Sequence record: KY705409
DNA: 41,289 bases
Source: Escherichia phage vB_EcoM_ECOO78
Direction: 5' to 3' (one strand)
Shown: positions 8,569 through 16,636 of the stretch, in pieces
Numbering within the stretch: the first letter of the stretch is position 1
Layout: each line of letters starts with the position of its first letter
Made by a program: the position numbers and the translations under genes
Notes under the pieces: generated by a model
Told to the model about the DNA's origin: nothing
What the model saw: the letters and a program-made list of their open reading frames with translations, nothing else
Database searches by the model: none

Positions 8569-8729
8569 TCAACACCCCACGTTCTTTTCAGGTTTTCCAC
8601 TTCAAGCGCCGTCAACATGCCGTAACGGTTCAGATTCCACATTGCCGTTTTGGCCGCCAGGAACGTGATGTGGTTCCTGGTCGCCAGTGCTTCTGAAAAC
8701 AGTCTGCGAATGCTTTCTATTGTCATCAT
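8565..8729 (-). CDS. Small hypothetical protein (54 aa, MMTIESIRRLFSEALATRNH...), below ORF-track size cutoff
   Basis: Read manually; stop overlaps downstream start (ATGA); GGAG upstream; conflicts in part with alternative-frame ORF 8602-8808, which is ATGA-coupled to the VRR-NUC stop. Confidence 0.3.
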   Translation of the reverse strand: MMTIESIRRLFSEALATRNHITFLAAKTAMWNLNRYGMLTALEVENLKRTWGVE

Positions 8730-8804
8730 GGTTTATCCACTCCATCATTGATTGCCCGGTTTGTTCGCTGTAGCGCAGCGCTTCTGCTGCTACGTGTTTT
8801 ATGC

Positions 8805-9215
8805 TCATTTTCCGAACACCAGTTTTTCAGCGTCATCCACTGACCGCACAACACCGGCGCGGCCCCCGTTGTCGTTCACCGCGTTGATGAAGTTTCGCTG
8901 CAACGGTGACACGCGGGCACCGTCTTTGACTTCCAGGCCGGTGAAGATGGCCACTTTCTGCCCCACCATGTCAGGCGTGATTTCCACGCTTACCAGGCCG
9001 AACAGATCGGAAAACCCTGGCGGCAGCCCGGTGTCAAACGGCCTGGCGTTTTTCAGCAGCACGTCACGCGGCCCCATCACAACCGGCATCTGGCGCGGCA
9101 CCTTCACAATGTCATTACTGGTGTACGCCTTGCCCACGTTGGCGCGAAACAGCAGGCAGCGGCCTGCCAGTGCGTTGCGGATTGCATTCTGCAACGCGTG
9201 TTCTTTGTTAGCCAT
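8805..9215 (-). CDS. VRR-NUC domain nuclease (PD-(D/E)xK fold)
   Basis: Pattern LLFRANVGKAY...GLPPGFSDLFGLV...LEVKDGARVSPLQRNFINAVNDNGGRAGVVRSVDDA typical of phage VRR-NUC proteins. Confidence 0.7.
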   Translation of the reverse strand: MANKEHALQNAIRNALAGRCLLFRANVGKAYTSNDIVKVPRQMPVVMGPRDVLLKNARPFDTGLPPGFSDLFGLVSVEITPDMVGQKVAIFTGLEVKDGARVSPLQRNFINAVNDNGGRAGVVRSVDDAEKLVFGK

Positions 9216-9607
9216 TAGAAATTCGCCCCCGGATATTCACCAGAATTGCAGCGCATCCACACACGCAGGCCGATTTGTTCAGGGCGAAGGCTTGCCGATT
9301 GCGGCCAGAACACCTGGCGCGCCACCCAAATAATGCGGTTCTGGTTGTTGTTGGCCAGCAGGGTGACCACGCCCTGTTCGCCTGCGCCTTTGTCGCGCAG
9401 TTCAGCGATTTTGACGGCGATTTTTTGCAGTTCCAGGCAGTAGTAAGTCTGGTCAATGTCCTGCAATTCCGGCTGTGGTGCCGGTTCCTGTTCTTCCGTC
9501 ACCTGGCAGTTGTCCTTTGCAGGGTCCATGCCTGGCAGGCATTCGCGTGCCTGTGCAGTGACGCTGGTGGCCGCCAGGATGAAAGCGGCGATGATAAGTT
9601 TTTTCAT
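9215..9607 (-). CDS. Secreted/periplasmic protein with signal peptide and four Cys
   Basis: N-terminus MKKLIIAAFILAATSVTAQA (SPI-type signal, AQA cleavage); no lipobox. Confidence 0.55.
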   Translation of the reverse strand: MKKLIIAAFILAATSVTAQARECLPGMDPAKDNCQVTEEQEPAPQPELQDIDQTYYCLELQKIAVKIAELRDKGAGEQGVVTLLANNNQNRIIWVARQVFWPQSASLRPEQIGLRVWMRCNSGEYPGANF

Positions 9608-9651
9608 GGTTCCACCTGTGAGAAATGCCCGGCGAACCGGGCAGGGAATGT

Positions 9652-9942
9652 TTACTGCTGTTCGAACCAGTCAGCCAGTTCTCGCAACTGCGCAGCAATG
9701 GTTTTCTTGTCATCGTTAGACGAAAACACCAGGCCGTCACTGCAATGTTCACCGTCATTTTTCATGCTGTCAGGTCCAAATGCGATGATCACGCCGTGTT
9801 CTTGTTCGCTGTCAACGGTCAGCTTGAAATCACTGGTTGTTGCAATGAAAAACTTGCAGCCATCTGCGTCATGAATCGTGCCTTCAAAAGCGACTGGCAG
9901 TTCGTTAAAACCAAAACCATTGCGGATATTTACAGTAGTCAT
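9652..9942 (-). CDS. Hypothetical protein
   Basis: 96 aa ORF preceded by conserved AACGAGGTAACACCC cassette. Confidence 0.5.
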   Translation of the reverse strand: MTTVNIRNGFGFNELPVAFEGTIHDADGCKFFIATTSDFKLTVDSEQEHGVIIAFGPDSMKNDGEHCSDGLVFSSNDDKKTIAAQLRELADWFEQQ

Positions 9943-9980
9943 TTGGGTGTTACCTCGTTTTGTTATTGGGCACCATCTGT
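9943..9980 (-). promoter_or_regulatory. Conserved translation-initiation cassette: hairpin, CCAATAA, AACGAGGTAACACCC, ATG (copy 2)
   Basis: Minus strand ccggcacagatggtgccCCAATAAcaaaACGAGGTAACACCCaaATG; hairpin arms differ from copy 1 but stay complementary. Confidence 0.5.
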
Positions 9981-10000
9981 GCCGGTGAAATAATAATACC

Positions 10001-10042
10001 TTTACTTATGGAAATATCGCCAATGGTTTAAACCTATCAATA
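10001..10042 (-). promoter_or_regulatory. Conserved bipartite upstream element TATTGATAGGT-N16-ATTTCCATAAGTAAA (copy 2)
   Basis: Minus-strand sequence read directly; matches element upstream of methyltransferase. Confidence 0.5.
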
Positions 10043-10051
10043 CTTCACTAT

Positions 10052-11467
10052 TCATCGCTTAAACCTTCTTCCGCCCATCTTCGCTATGGCCCAACCTGAT
10101 GGGTTCGGCAGCCCGCGTTTCATCGCCAGGGCGGTCAGTGCGCCAATATCCTTGCAAGCGTCCTCCTCGCGTTTCATTTTGGCGCGCAGGCTTTCTTTGG
10201 CGCGTTCGTCCATCTCTTTCAGTTCGCCTTCCGCCACTTCAATTTCTTTGGCTTCGGCCTGTAGTTCCTTCTGGCAGTGCGGGCACTTCGGCGGCAGTGG
10301 TCGGCGGATGGCGTTGAAACAGCCTTTGCAGATGACTGGCGGCGGTGGACCACCAGCACTGCTGGACTTGCTGCCGCTATCATCGCCAGACAGTGACCAT
10401 TCCCGTTCATCGTCAGGGAAGCCATGACGCAGCGCATTGCCTGCATGGTCCAGGATGATGGCGGTTTTGCCTTTGGACGGTCGCAACACGCGGCCATCTT
10501 TCTGCAAAACCAGCGACAATGATTGTGTGGGCTGCGCGTCAATCAGGCAGTCAATCGTCACGTCAGTCTGTGCGATAGCTGACAGGTCGAAACCTTCACC
10601 GAACAGCGACACGTTGAAAATCACATCCAGGTTGTCGTTGGCATAGTCCTGAATGATGCGCTTGCGTTCCGCCTTATCGGTGCCGCCATCCAGGTGCGCG
10701 GCGCGGATGCCTGAATCAATGAATGCCTGCGTTAAGTGGCGGCTGTGCGCGATGTTGACCGCAAAGCCAACCGTTTTCATGCCCCTGGCGTATTTCAGCC
10801 AGTGGCTGATGATGTTGCCGGTTAGTTTCGGCTTATCCATCTTCTCGGCGGTTTCTCCTTTTGAGAAATCGCCCATCTGTTTGCGTACACCCTTCATGTC
10901 AGGGATGTCCGGGCAGAACATGCGATAATCAGACAGGTGGCCGTTATCCATCAGCCAGCGCACCGATGGCCCCAACACGATGTCATCAAAGTGGTCATCC
11001 AGGCCGGTGCCGTCCAGGCGCTTTGGCGTGGCTGACAGGCCGATTACATACGCGCCATTCTCGAACAGCCAGGCGTTGACGCGCGCCCATCCAGCCGCGC
11101 CACAGTGGTGCGCTTCGTCCATGATGGCCAGCTTAGGAGCTGGCAGGGTGTGCAGGCGGTTTTTCAGGGTGTCGATGCTGCACACCTGCACCCCGGCGCG
11201 CAGGTTCATGGGATAGCCTGCGGCAATAAAGCCGTGGTCAATGCCGAACTTCCTGAATGTCAAACTGGTCTGTAATACCAGTTCAGCGCGGTGGCAAATA
11301 AACCACACCTGCTGGCCTTTGGCCGATGTTTCCCCAGCCATGTATGACGCCAGCGCAGTTTTGCCCGCGCCTGTTGGTGCCTGCAATAACACGCGGCGGT
11401 TGCGCCGCATAGAAAGGCGCGCCTTATTGATAATGTCGGATTGATAGTCCCTAAGTATTACGCCCAT
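10052..11467 (-). CDS. Superfamily-2 DEAD/DEAH-box DNA helicase
   Basis: Walker A LLQAPTGAGKT, DEAH box MDEAHHC, motif III GLSATP; C-terminal CxxC...CxxC zinc-finger-like segment. Confidence 0.85.
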   Translation of the reverse strand: MGVILRDYQSDIINKARLSMRRNRRVLLQAPTGAGKTALASYMAGETSAKGQQVWFICHRAELVLQTSLTFRKFGIDHGFIAAGYPMNLRAGVQVCSIDTLKNRLHTLPAPKLAIMDEAHHCGAAGWARVNAWLFENGAYVIGLSATPKRLDGTGLDDHFDDIVLGPSVRWLMDNGHLSDYRMFCPDIPDMKGVRKQMGDFSKGETAEKMDKPKLTGNIISHWLKYARGMKTVGFAVNIAHSRHLTQAFIDSGIRAAHLDGGTDKAERKRIIQDYANDNLDVIFNVSLFGEGFDLSAIAQTDVTIDCLIDAQPTQSLSLVLQKDGRVLRPSKGKTAIILDHAGNALRHGFPDDEREWSLSGDDSGSKSSSAGGPPPPVICKGCFNAIRRPLPPKCPHCQKELQAEAKEIEVAEGELKEMDERAKESLRAKMKREEDACKDIGALTALAMKRGLPNPSGWAIAKMGGRRFKR

Positions 11468-11504
11468 AATTATCGTTCATTCGCCATCATTTAAAGTATT
11501 CGCA

Positions 11505-11534
11505 ATTGTATGTTACTACATGGCGACGTTGCAA
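11505..11534 (-). promoter_or_regulatory. Candidate sigma70-type leftward early promoter (-35 TTGCAA, 18-nt spacer, -10 TACAAT)
   Basis: Hexamers read on minus strand; inverted repeat TTACTAC/GTAGTAA overlaps spacer and -35. Confidence 0.4.
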
Positions 11535-11548
11535 CCAGTAGTAATGTT

Positions 11549-11560
11549 CATTGACGTCAA
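11549..11560. promoter_or_regulatory. Perfect 12-bp palindrome ATTGACGTCAAT (candidate operator)
   Basis: Self-complementary 12-mer in the divergent intergenic region. Confidence 0.4.
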
Positions 11561-11659
11561 TCAAGCCGCGATGTGCAAAAAACGCATAGCTGATGTACAG
11601 CTAAGGTTTGTTGATTAGCGAGCGTGACGCTGATCTAAACAATGTTAGTTACAAATAAG

Positions 11660-11689
11660 TTGACAGTATAACAACACGTCAGCCATAAT
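11660..11689 (+). promoter_or_regulatory. Candidate sigma70-type rightward early promoter (-35 TTGACA, 18-nt spacer, -10 CATAAT)
   Basis: ttgacagtataacaacacgtcagccataat, about 50 nt upstream of the exonuclease start. Confidence 0.45.
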
Positions 11690-11740
11690 TCACCGCAGTT
11701 AATCCGAATTCATGTTAAATAATAATTGCGAGGTAACATA

Positions 11741-12883
11741 ATGAAACCAGGAGTTTACGAAGGTATTCCCAACGCTGAATACCACGGCGGACCAGGCATC
11801 AGTAAATCTGGCCTGGATTTGGTGCACCGCAGCCCGATGCACTACAACGCTGTTGTGACTGCTGCTAATGACCGCACGCCAACACCAGCGCAGGAAATCG
11901 GCACGGCTGTGCATATGGCAATTCTTGAACCGGAAGAATTCGCAAAAACCTATTGCCTGGCGCTGCGCCGTCCTGATGTGCCTGATGCTATTGATGACCG
12001 TGAAGTGCTGGTGGAAATGGTCAACAAGCTGAACGAAGGCCGCCTGCCTAAGCTGCTGACTGGTGGCAACAAAGACGAACTGGTTGAACGCATCCTGGAA
12101 AACCAGCCTGTTGAAACCTGGACTACTGAACAGCTTAACGCGATGAAAGCGCCAGACCTGAAAGAAATCATCAACCAGTTGAATATTGACCGTCCTGGCA
12201 AACTATCCACCAGCGGCAGTCGTCATGAGCTGGCCAACCTGCTGCGCGCCAACGGCGTTGAAGTCACACTGTGGTCAGATGTGCTGGAAGAATGGCAGCG
12301 CAATAACAGCGAACGCAAAGTGCTATCACCGGAAGCGTTTGAACAAATTTTTGCCATGCGTGACGCGGTAATGAATCATCCGGCAGCGTTCGCTATCCTG
12401 CACCACGTCAAAGACATCATTGGTGACTTGAAAACCACCGAAGATGCCAGCCCGGAAGGGTTCGCAAAATCAATCGCCAACTGGCGCTATGACGTGCAAC
12501 ACGCATACTACATGGACGGCACGCGTCTGGCTCTGGAACAGGGCAAGTGCACGCCTCCGCACGAAGGCAAAGCAGAATTATCAGTTTACTGGACTGATCC
12601 GGTGACCGGTGTTCTGTGCCGCTGCCGCCCTGATTTCTGGCGTGGTTATCCTAAACACTTTGCGTTTATCGCCGTTGAGAAAAAACCGCCTTACGCAGTT
12701 GGTGTTTATGTACTGGATAGCGAAGGCGTAGAAATTGGCCGCGCACAATACCAGCATGATTTGCGTGTCTACGCTGAATGCGTGCGCACAGGTGTTTGGC
12801 CTGGATACGGCGATAAAATCCAGACCATCAGCCTGCCAGCGTGGCACGCCAACAAAAACGCCCACCTGGTTGGTGCGGCTTAA
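11741..12883 (+). CDS. PD-(D/E)xK recombination exonuclease (RecE/exonuclease VIII-like) with inserted SAP/HeH-like motifs
   Basis: Start MKPGVYEG with GAGG RBS 8 nt upstream; N-terminal YHGGPGISKSGL...RSPMHY motif; precedes Sak4-like gene. Confidence 0.6.
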   Translation: MKPGVYEGIPNAEYHGGPGISKSGLDLVHRSPMHYNAVVTAANDRTPTPAQEIGTAVHMAILEPEEFAKTYCLALRRPDVPDAIDDREVLVEMVNKLNEGRLPKLLTGGNKDELVERILENQPVETWTTEQLNAMKAPDLKEIINQLNIDRPGKLSTSGSRHELANLLRANGVEVTLWSDVLEEWQRNNSERKVLSPEAFEQIFAMRDAVMNHPAAFAILHHVKDIIGDLKTTEDASPEGFAKSIANWRYDVQHAYYMDGTRLALEQGKCTPPHEGKAELSVYWTDPVTGVLCRCRPDFWRGYPKHFAFIAVEKKPPYAVGVYVLDSEGVEIGRAQYQHDLRVYAECVRTGVWPGYGDKIQTISLPAWHANKNAHLVGAA

Positions 12884-12910
12884 TTTTCATCACCTAAGAG
12901 ACTAAAAACA

Positions 12911-13900
12911 ATGGCAGTAATTAATATTCGTAAGGCAGAACGTGAAGGCGCGCGCCTGGTCATCGGCCTGGCAGGTATCAGCGGCAGCGGCAAAACCCTG
13001 TCAGCACTTATGCTGGCATATGGCCTGGCCAACGGTGACGGCACAAAGGTTGGCTTTCTCGATACTGAAAACCGCCGCGGCTCACTGTATGCCAGTGATG
13101 ACACTTATGAAAAAATCCAGGAATCACTTGGACTGAAAGAACGCCCTGACGCGTTTTGGATTGGCGATTTAGAACCGCCTTTCAGCCCGCAGCGGTACAT
13201 TGACGCCATCCGCGAATTTGAACAGGCAGGCGTTGAAGTGCTGGTGATTGATAGCATTTCGCACGAATGGGAAGGAACAGGCGGATGCGAAGAAATCGCC
13301 ACCCTGGCCAACCCGATGAAGCCGCAGTGGAACCGTGCGAAGGCTGAACACAAGCGATTCATGAACGCGTTGCTGCAATCCAACATGCACATCATCTGCT
13401 GCATCCGCGCACGTGAAAAAGTGAAACTGGTGAAGGTCAACGGTAAAACGGAATATGAACCGCAAGGCATCATGCCGGTGACGGAAAAGAACGTGATGTT
13501 TGAAATGACCGCCAGCCTGATGATGTGGGATTCTGGCAGCGCGCAGCAGGTCATGAAGTGCCCGGAAGAATTGCGCGGCATCTTAGGCCGTGAAACTGGC
13601 TACATCAGCGCACAGGACGGTTTATCGCTGCGTCAGTGGGTTCAGGGTGGCAACAAGTTAGATCCGAAGGTGGAAGCCTACCGCAACAAGCTGCGCGGCG
13701 TTACCGAACAGGGTGAGCAGTACACGCAGGAATGCTGGGACAAAACCCCACCAGCAATTCGCAAAAAGCTGGGCGATGAATTCAAACAATCATTGTTGCA
13801 AGCCGCCCGCGCATATGACGAACAGCGCGCCAACGCAAACGGCGATGCGCAGGACGTTGATGATTTAAACAGCCAGGTGATGGGCACCGGCGCACAGTAA
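12911..13900 (+). CDS. Sak4-like RecA-fold ATPase (AAA_24 family single-strand annealing/recombination protein)
   Basis: Walker A GLAGISGSGKT; Walker B-like VLVIDSISHEWEG; adjacent to exonuclease and SSB. Confidence 0.65.
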   Translation: MAVINIRKAEREGARLVIGLAGISGSGKTLSALMLAYGLANGDGTKVGFLDTENRRGSLYASDDTYEKIQESLGLKERPDAFWIGDLEPPFSPQRYIDAIREFEQAGVEVLVIDSISHEWEGTGGCEEIATLANPMKPQWNRAKAEHKRFMNALLQSNMHIICCIRAREKVKLVKVNGKTEYEPQGIMPVTEKNVMFEMTASLMMWDSGSAQQVMKCPEELRGILGRETGYISAQDGLSLRQWVQGGNKLDPKVEAYRNKLRGVTEQGEQYTQECWDKTPPAIRKKLGDEFKQSLLQAARAYDEQRANANGDAQDVDDLNSQVMGTGAQ

Positions 13901-13913
13901 GAAAGGGTAAAAA

Positions 13914-14141
13914 ATGGCACAACCGGCACAGAAACAAAGCACGTATCTGACGCCACAGGAACTGGTGCTGCGCTGGAATGGCGCAGTTACCACCGGAACC
14001 CTGGCGAACTGGCGCAACAAAGGCAAAGGGCCAGCCTATACGAAATTTGGCTCACGCGTTCGCTACTCCATCACCAGCGTGGAAGCGTATGAAGCAAAAC
14101 ACATGATTGGAGCAAACGACAATGACACGACCACCGGCTAA
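13914..14141 (+). CDS. Small HTH DNA-binding protein (AlpA/excisionase-like family)
   Basis: YLTPQELVLRW...TLANWRNKGKGPAYTKFGSRVRY pattern. Confidence 0.45.
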   Translation: MAQPAQKQSTYLTPQELVLRWNGAVTTGTLANWRNKGKGPAYTKFGSRVRYSITSVEAYEAKHMIGANDNDTTTG

Positions 14142-14517
14142 CGGATATGAATCACTGCGCGATGTACTTGACCGGGCATTTGCGCAGGCTGCCAGTGGCA
14201 AAGGCCACGAACGTCACGCGGTAAACAAGCCGTTTGACCAGCAGCCCATGCAAAAACTGATTGACCTTTACGGGCCAGGGTTCGCACTCGGCCAGGCAGC
14301 GAAGAAAGCGCAGGAATCACAGCGCCTTCCAGCGGGCCGCGATGTGGCGGAACTGTTAGGCGCAATAAACTACCTGGCTGGAGCGGTCATCGCGCTGGAA
14401 CGTGGCCGCCAGCCGGTAGCTGGTAACGACAACGAACAGCCGCGCGATTGCTGCCCTGTGTGCCAGCACCAGGACGGCTTCCACCATCCAAAATGCACGG
14501 TGGCAGAACATGGCTGA
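14122..14517 (+). CDS. Hypothetical protein
   Basis: Start MTRPPANG with GGAG 9 nt upstream; 131 aa; C-terminal CCPVCQH...H motif. Confidence 0.45.
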   Translation: MTRPPANGYESLRDVLDRAFAQAASGKGHERHAVNKPFDQQPMQKLIDLYGPGFALGQAAKKAQESQRLPAGRDVAELLGAINYLAGAVIALERGRQPVAGNDNEQPRDCCPVCQHQDGFHHPKCTVAEHG

Positions 14518-14719
14518 TGATATTGACCGCGCTTGCGAGCGTGAAGAACGGGAACGCGCGGCGATGATTGCCGCGCACTTGCAGAAGGCACCAGCGGTTA
14601 AAGCTGTTGCGCTGTGTTACTGCCTGAACTGTGGTGAAGATTTCCCGGAAGGCAGCAAGAAAATTTATTGCGATGCGGATTGTGCCAACGACCACGCCGC
14701 ACACTTAAAACGTAAATAG
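14510..14719 (+). CDS. Small zinc-finger protein (C4-type, DksA/TraR-like candidate)
   Basis: [10 protein letters not shown]...YCDADC cysteine pairs. Confidence 0.4.
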   Translation: MADDIDRACEREERERAAMIAAHLQKAPAVKAVALCYCLNCGEDFPEGSKKIYCDADCANDHAAHLKRK

Positions 14720-14727
14720 GGGCAATT

Positions 14728-15225
14728 ATGGCTTCCCGTAACAAAGTAGAACTGATTGGCCGCTTAGGCCAAGATCCAGAAGTACGCACCACCACCAACG
14801 GCACCAAAGTGGCAAGCCTTAGCGTGGCCACATCAGAACGCTGGCGCGATAAGACAACCGGCGAACAGAAGGAAGCCACAGAATGGCATCGCGTTGTTCT
14901 GTGGGATAAGCTGGCAGAACTGGCAGAACAGTATTTGTTCAAAGGTAGCGAAGTGCTGCTAGTAGGCAAACTGCAAACGCGTAAATGGCAGGACCAATCT
15001 GGCCAGGACCGCTACACAACTGAAGTTGTTTTGCAGGGTCCGCGTGCTGAAATGCAGTTCTTAGGCAAGCCAGTAAACGACAACAGCCAGGGTGGTGGCC
15101 AGCAGCAACAGCGCCAGCAGTACAGTGGCGGCGGTCAGCAGCAGCGACAGGCTACAGGGCAGCAGCAGAAACCATCTGGCAACGAACACCCGACGGATTT
15201 TGACGACGATATACCTTTTAATTAA
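14728..15225 (+). CDS. ssb: Single-stranded DNA-binding protein
   Basis: OB-fold region closely matching bacterial SSB (LGQDPEVR...TEWHRVVLW...[16 protein letters not shown]), Gly/Gln-rich tail, C-terminal DFDDDIPF. Confidence 0.9.
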   Translation: MASRNKVELIGRLGQDPEVRTTTNGTKVASLSVATSERWRDKTTGEQKEATEWHRVVLWDKLAELAEQYLFKGSEVLLVGKLQTRKWQDQSGQDRYTTEVVLQGPRAEMQFLGKPVNDNSQGGGQQQQRQQYSGGGQQQRQATGQQQKPSGNEHPTDFDDDIPFN

Positions 15226-15293
15226 GTCCGTTGTAAGTAACTTGAAATAGAGTTACACTATCCCCCGGACATAAAACATAGGGGGTAGTAAAA

Positions 15294-15719
15294 GTGGAAA
15301 GTAAAAAGTGCTTTAAGTGCGGGGAGGTTAAAAGCCTCTCCGATTTTTATAAGCATAAAGGGATGGCTGATGGCCATCTTAACAAGTGCAAAGATTGCAC
15401 CAGAAGTGATGCCAAGTCACACCGACTTGAAAATATTGACCAGATACGCGCTTACGACCGTAAACGCGGAAACCGTCAAGATCAATCATACGTCAAAAAT
15501 TACCGCCAGCAGTATCCAAACAAATACCGCGCACATACGATGGTAAACAACCATTTGCGATATGGGAATATCACAAAGAAACCATGCGAAATCTGCGGCA
15601 GTGAGCAATCAGTTGCCCATCACGACGATTACTTAAAGCCGCTTGATGTTCGTTGGTTGTGTCAGGCGCATCACAAGCAATGGCACGCTGCAAACGGTGA
15701 AGGAAAGAACGCAGTTTGA
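15294..15719 (+). CDS. HNH endonuclease family protein
   Basis: Cys pairs CFKCG...CKDC and C-terminal CEICG...AHHDDY...HH motif; GTG start with GGGGG RBS; AT-richer than flanks. Confidence 0.6.
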   Translation: MESKKCFKCGEVKSLSDFYKHKGMADGHLNKCKDCTRSDAKSHRLENIDQIRAYDRKRGNRQDQSYVKNYRQQYPNKYRAHTMVNNHLRYGNITKKPCEICGSEQSVAHHDDYLKPLDVRWLCQAHHKQWHAANGEGKNAV

Positions 15720-15725
15720 CCAAAG

Positions 15726-15751
15726 AAAAACCCCGCCGAAGCGGGGTTTTG
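15726..15751. terminator. Intrinsic terminator after rightward early operon
   Basis: aaaaaccccgccgaagcggggttttgtg: 6-bp GC stem, 4-nt loop, T-tract. Confidence 0.65.
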
Positions 15752-16228
15752 TGTCACGTGACGCTGTGATGCGAGATACAGATCACCTGCCTTATTGGAA
15801 TCACTTGTCGGGTAAGTTCCAGTCTGTGCGAATGTCGCACTGGGATGCGCTTTCACGTTGCGAGGTAACACCCTGGGGGTTGGAAGTGTTCGCAAAAGCG
15901 CATCACGGTGCGTTGTGGTGCTGTGCATCAGCGCTTCCTTCGTCGCCTTGGTGAGCTGCAACCACACCAACTAGCATTTGGATTTACCACAACGTAAAGA
16001 GCACTTTCATCGCTGCAACATGACGGTAAATAGGATTCACTGCATCACGTACAAAATGCTCTTAACTGTTGCGTGCCGTCCTTTCACGGCGGTCATCGTG
16101 TATCGCTCGACAGCGTGACTCTCTATAACTGACAATATAATCCTATATCACTCCAGTGCATTCTGCAACCATATTTACCATTTATTCATCTCCTCGATCA
16201 TCTTCTGTAGGTAGTCCACTCTGTAGGT

Positions 16229-16257
16229 TACAGGTTCGATTCCTGTAGGGGTCGCCA
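16229..16257 (+). other. tRNA 3'-end-like fragment (T-arm, acceptor 3' strand, CCA); attP-core or tRNA-like RNA candidate
   Basis: acagg-TTCGATT-cctgt T-arm, then aggggtc, g, CCA; no complementary 5' acceptor strand or D/anticodon arms upstream. Confidence 0.4.
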
Positions 16258-16261
16258 CCCA

Positions 16262-16288
16262 ATAGAAAGCCCGCCAGGTGGCGGGCTG
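16262..16288. terminator. Hairpin agcccgcc-aggt-ggcgggct; terminator for end of late operon and/or for the tRNA-like unit
   Basis: 8-bp GC-rich stem; U-rich stretch on minus strand (uuucuauu) after the hairpin. Confidence 0.45.
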
Positions 16289-16291
16289 TGG

Positions 16292-16636
16292 TTAGTTTCT
16301 GAATTGCAGGTAACGCATGTGGATTAGGTGATCCACAAAGGTGGAATCATAGCCAGGCACGCAATTTAGTTCATGGTGGAACCTCTCCGCATCGGTGGCT
16401 GGACGAACTGCATTGATTCCGCGCATATTCACTTCCGGGCAACCTTCGCCCTTACCTTCCGCAATCCTCACGTGTAACCGGCAACCGTTATCACCAGGCT
16501 CGTCATCCAAAGATTGCCACACCTGATAGCCACAGCAGTAGCCAACAACGTCACCACGGCTGGCAGTTTTGTACACGATACAATCACCAATTTCCGGCAC
16601 ATATGGCATGTTATTTTCTTGCTTGAATGCTTTCAC
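16292..16636 (-). CDS. Hypothetical Cys-rich protein
   Basis: 114 aa ORF, GTG start with GGGGAG RBS; last gene before terminator. Confidence 0.45.
   Translation of the reverse strand: MKAFKQENNMPYVPEIGDCIVYKTASRGDVVGYCCGYQVWQSLDDEPGDNGCRLHVRIAEGKGEGCPEVNMRGINAVRPATDAERFHHELNCVPGYDSTFVDHLIHMRYLQFRN

Noticed and set aside
15643-15970. ORFs 15643-15954 (+) and 15671-15970 (-) spanning the HNH gene end and terminator
   Set aside because: Overlap a supported gene and its terminator, lack RBS; region more plausibly non-coding.
16160-16257. Complete tRNA gene
   Set aside because: Only T-arm and acceptor 3' strand plus CCA are recognisable; no complementary 5' acceptor strand, D-arm or anticodon arm upstream, so kept as a fragment only.
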